NCBI GenBank assembly: GCA_916720745.1
Contig: CAKARX010000001.1
Coordinates: forward strand, 1-59,979
Direction: 5' to 3'
Origin: an uncultured Atopobium sp.
GTDB taxonomy: Bacteria > Actinomycetota > Coriobacteriia > Coriobacteriales > Atopobiaceae
Length of the DNA: 59,979 bases
The notes under the pieces are model-generated. The model was not told the origin of the DNA, made no database searches, and saw only the letters and a program-made list of their open reading frames with translations. Position numbers and translations under genes: made by a program. Shown piece by piece: positions 57,415-59,979 of the stretch (its first letter is position 1; each line of letters opens with the position of its first letter).

Positions 57415-58515
57415 TTAGAGGCGAACAGGCATCAGAAGATACAAATAGTTGACCTTACCATTTGATTTAAAGATTGCTGGCTGAGAAGGACCTTGGAGTT
57501 CAAGACGCAAAAGGTCCTTAGAAGGAGCAGCATTTACACAATCAAAGACGTAGTGGTAGTTCAAAGCGATTGAAAGAGAGTCTCCTTCAATTTGGGCCTC
57601 AATGTGCTCAGAAGACTCACCTTGATCTGGTGAAGAGGCTGAAAGCTTAACCTCTTTTCCATCAGCATCAACATCAAAACGTACTGATGGATTTGCCAGA
57701 GCAATAACAGATACACGCTTGAGAGCTGCAGAGAAATCCTCAACATTAATATCAACAGATGCAGTACAAGATGTTGGAAGTAGCTGCTTATAATCTGGGA
57801 AATGACCTTCAATCTTTCGCGAAATGTGAGTGGTATTTCCAAACTGGAAGACTACCTGGTTGTCTGTAGTACCAATTAAAACCTTCTCAGTCATGCTACG
57901 CATTGAGAGAACGTCGTGGAAAACTTCACCAGAAATAATTGCACTAAAAGATTCACCTGCTGGCGTATCTGTATTGGAATCACAAACAGCAAGACGGAAT
58001 GAGTCAGTTGCAACAAGGCGAATAGTATTGTCCTCAACGGTGAGAGAAATTCCCTGAAGAATAGGACGAGAAGCTTCCTTTGAAGTTACACGATAAACTT
58101 TATCAACCATCGTTGATAGAAGTTGGCTTGGAAGCTCACAGGTTTTCTCAAGATCAAACTCTGGGAACTGCGCCCAATCGTGAGCAGAAAGAGTATTAAG
58201 TCTAAAAGATGAACGCTGGCAAGTTACAGAAAGCGTACGCTCTCCACCTTCAAAAGTAATTGCTGCATCAGGAAGGTTCTTAACAATGTTCTGGATAACC
58301 TTTCCAGAAACAACTGTCTCTCCTTCTTCTTCTACATTTGCTGCAATCTGATGCTTAATAGAGATAGTTAAGTCACTGGACTGTAGCTCAAGCATGCCAT
58401 TAAATGCTTTGAGGTAAATACCAGAGAGAATAGGAAGTGTTGTATTAGAACCAATGCCTTTAGAAACAATATCAAGTGCCGTCTGGAGAGTGGATTGACT
58501 TACGGTAAATTTCAT
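57415..58515 (-). CDS. dnaN: DNA polymerase III beta clamp
   Basis: LPILSGI, VATDSFRLA, IEGHFPDY and C-terminal LLMPVR. Confidence 0.96.
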   Translation of the reverse strand: MKFTVSQSTLQTALDIVSKGIGSNTTLPILSGIYLKAFNGMLELQSSDLTISIKHQIAANVEEEGETVVSGKVIQNIVKNLPDAAITFEGGERTLSVTCQRSSFRLNTLSAHDWAQFPEFDLEKTCELPSQLLSTMVDKVYRVTSKEASRPILQGISLTVEDNTIRLVATDSFRLAVCDSNTDTPAGESFSAIISGEVFHDVLSMRSMTEKVLIGTTDNQVVFQFGNTTHISRKIEGHFPDYKQLLPTSCTASVDINVEDFSAALKRVSVIALANPSVRFDVDADGKEVKLSASSPDQGESSEHIEAQIEGDSLSIALNYHYVFDCVNAAPSKDLLRLELQGPSQPAIFKSNGKVNYLYLLMPVRL

Positions 58516-58748
58516 GACGACCCTTTCTATTATTTCTTAGATAAGAATAAAAATATCGTAGTAATAATAAGCTATGTTGAAAAGAAGAAAGCTTTACATT
58601 TCTAGAGGTAGAAATATGTTTCTAGAGGTCAGATTTGTTTGCTTATTTTTGACATTCATAAACAAAGTAAAACTCCCCCTCTTAAACTCTCAACAACAAA
58701 TCACTACTTCTCTTCACCAATTAACATCTTACTAACAGGTTTTAAACA
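58516..58748. other. oriC (dnaA-dnaN intergenic region) with variant DnaA boxes, DnaA-trios and AT-rich DUE
   Basis: Minus strand reads TTTTCAACA (58583-58575), 4-bp spacer, TTA TTA TTA CTA (trios TAG-TAA-TAA-TAA at 58559-58570), AT-rich stretch, then the dnaN RBS. Further box-like 9-mers at 58646, 58656, 58687, 58718, 58729 and 58740. Confidence 0.8.
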
Positions 58749-59978
58749 CTAACTTTGTTCAAGAATAGTCTTCTTGAGTTGAGAAATTTGATCATAGAAG
58801 CTTTTGTCTTCTTTGATTCTCTCTTCAATTACCTCAATGCTGTGCAAAATAGTTGCGTGTTTTCTTCCGCCAAAATGCTTACCAATATTTACCAGTGTGT
58901 ATTGGCAAAGGTCGTGAGCAAGATAAATTGCAACGTGACGAGGTTCTGCAATCTCTTTATTTCTCTTGTTACCAACAATATCGCGATGACTAATGCCATA
59001 GATATTTTCTACGACTTCTTGGACCTTCTCGATATTTACGGTCTTTGAAACGCGGCGCCAAAGCGTGTCTGCAATCTTATCAATCTCTTCTTGCTTAATG
59101 TTTTTACCGGATTCTTTTGCTTTGATTTGTCCAGTGACGCAACGATTGCAGAAGCCTTCAAGAGTTCTAATACTTTGACCAGCCTTGTCAGCCATGTAAC
59201 GACGGATGTCCTCTGGCAAATCGTCTGCAGAAAGAGAAGAATTTCTCTCTTTAAAAGCGCGATCGCAGAAGACGTGAATAAGATTGAGCTTCATCTCGTA
59301 GCTTGGAGACTCAATGCCAATAACAATGCCACCACTCATACGAGAAGTAATACGGTCATCAAAACCGTCAGAACCCATACCAAGCTGAGCTGGAGTTCTA
59401 TCGGCTGCAAGAATAATTTGCTTACCTCTATCAATAAGAGAGTTAAAAATATTGAAGAAGAAGTTAATAGTACCCGCTTTACCAGCAAGTTTTTGGACAT
59501 CATCGATGATAAGAACATCAATATTTTGGTAGTTATTATTCAGCTCTGTTGCGGCGTTTCCTGAGGCGTTTTTACGAACTGCATTTACGTAGTCATCAAC
59601 AAAGGCATCTGCGTCCTTATAAACACAAACGCGTTCGATGTCTTCAGCGTTGATGTAGTTTTGAACGGCGCGCAAAAGGTGAGTTTTTCCAAGTCCACTT
59701 GCACCGTAAATAAAAAGTGGATTTGCCTTGCCTTTTGCGTCGTTTGCAACGTTTAAAGCATGCTGATGAGCAAGCTCATTCTCGTCACCAACAACAAAAC
59801 GATCAAACGTGAGGTTTGAATTGAAGGACGTCTCCTCATAAAGAGGGTTACTCTTACGTCTCTTTAACGTCTGCTGTTTTAATTCCTCAAGGCTCTGCTC
59901 CTGGGACTCAAAATCTTGAATCTGTTCTGGAACAACAGCCTGTATCGGAGTGGTTTTTTGCTTCCAAGCGTTGAACTC
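58749..59978 (-). CDS. dnaA: Chromosomal replication initiator DnaA (N-terminus beyond the window edge)
   Basis: Frame open to the window edge: TFDRFVVG..NELA, NPLFIYGASGLGKTHLL, IDDVQ, SIRTLEG and FGGRKHATILHS. Confidence 0.96.
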   Translation of the reverse strand, partial: EFNAWKQKTTPIQAVVPEQIQDFESQEQSLEELKQQTLKRRKSNPLYEETSFNSNLTFDRFVVGDENELAHQHALNVANDAKGKANPLFIYGASGLGKTHLLRAVQNYINAEDIERVCVYKDADAFVDDYVNAVRKNASGNAATELNNNYQNIDVLIIDDVQKLAGKAGTINFFFNIFNSLIDRGKQIILAADRTPAQLGMGSDGFDDRITSRMSGGIVIGIESPSYEMKLNLIHVFCDRAFKERNSSLSADDLPEDIRRYMADKAGQSIRTLEGFCNRCVTGQIKAKESGKNIKQEEIDKIADTLWRRVSKTVNIEKVQEVVENIYGISHRDIVGNKRNKEIAEPRHVAIYLAHDLCQYTLVNIGKHFGGRKHATILHSIEVIEERIKEDKSFYDQISQLKKTILEQS

Positions 59979-59979
59979 C

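Overview
Origin-proximal chromosomal window, shown reverse-complemented relative to the usual orientation. It comes from a moderate-GC actinobacterium; protein style and gene order suggest Coriobacteriia/Atopobiaceae such as Lancefieldella/Atopobium (inference, no search run). Right end: partial dnaA, oriC, dnaN-recF-dciA-gyrB-gyrA and an rrn-independent tRNA-Ile/tRNA-Ala pair. Middle: an AfuABC-like ABC importer, a LacI/PTS-IIB/IIC/GatZ sugar locus, typA, two tRNA-Ser, rpsF-ssb-rpsR-yybS-rplI, dnaB and scattered purine genes (purA, a DegV-like/purD fusion, purE, purFMN). Left: a liv branched-chain amino acid ABC operon, a HicDH/LDH-family dehydrogenase, rlmD and an AT-richer accessory islet. 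No CRISPR array, rRNA, transposase or integrase was seen. The strongest non-routine signals are: (1) a three-module, 31-bp-periodic hairpin array at 4988-5437 whose stems differ in sequence but keep their pairing; (2) a DnaA with an altered recognition helix, matched by non-canonical boxes at oriC and a second TTTTCNACA cluster upstream of dnaB; (3) a DegV-like domain fused to PurD; (4) a sugar-phosphate-type binding protein next to a GatZ-family locus lacking EIIA; (5) an orphan element with 22-bp inverted repeats at about 23.3-23.5 kb.
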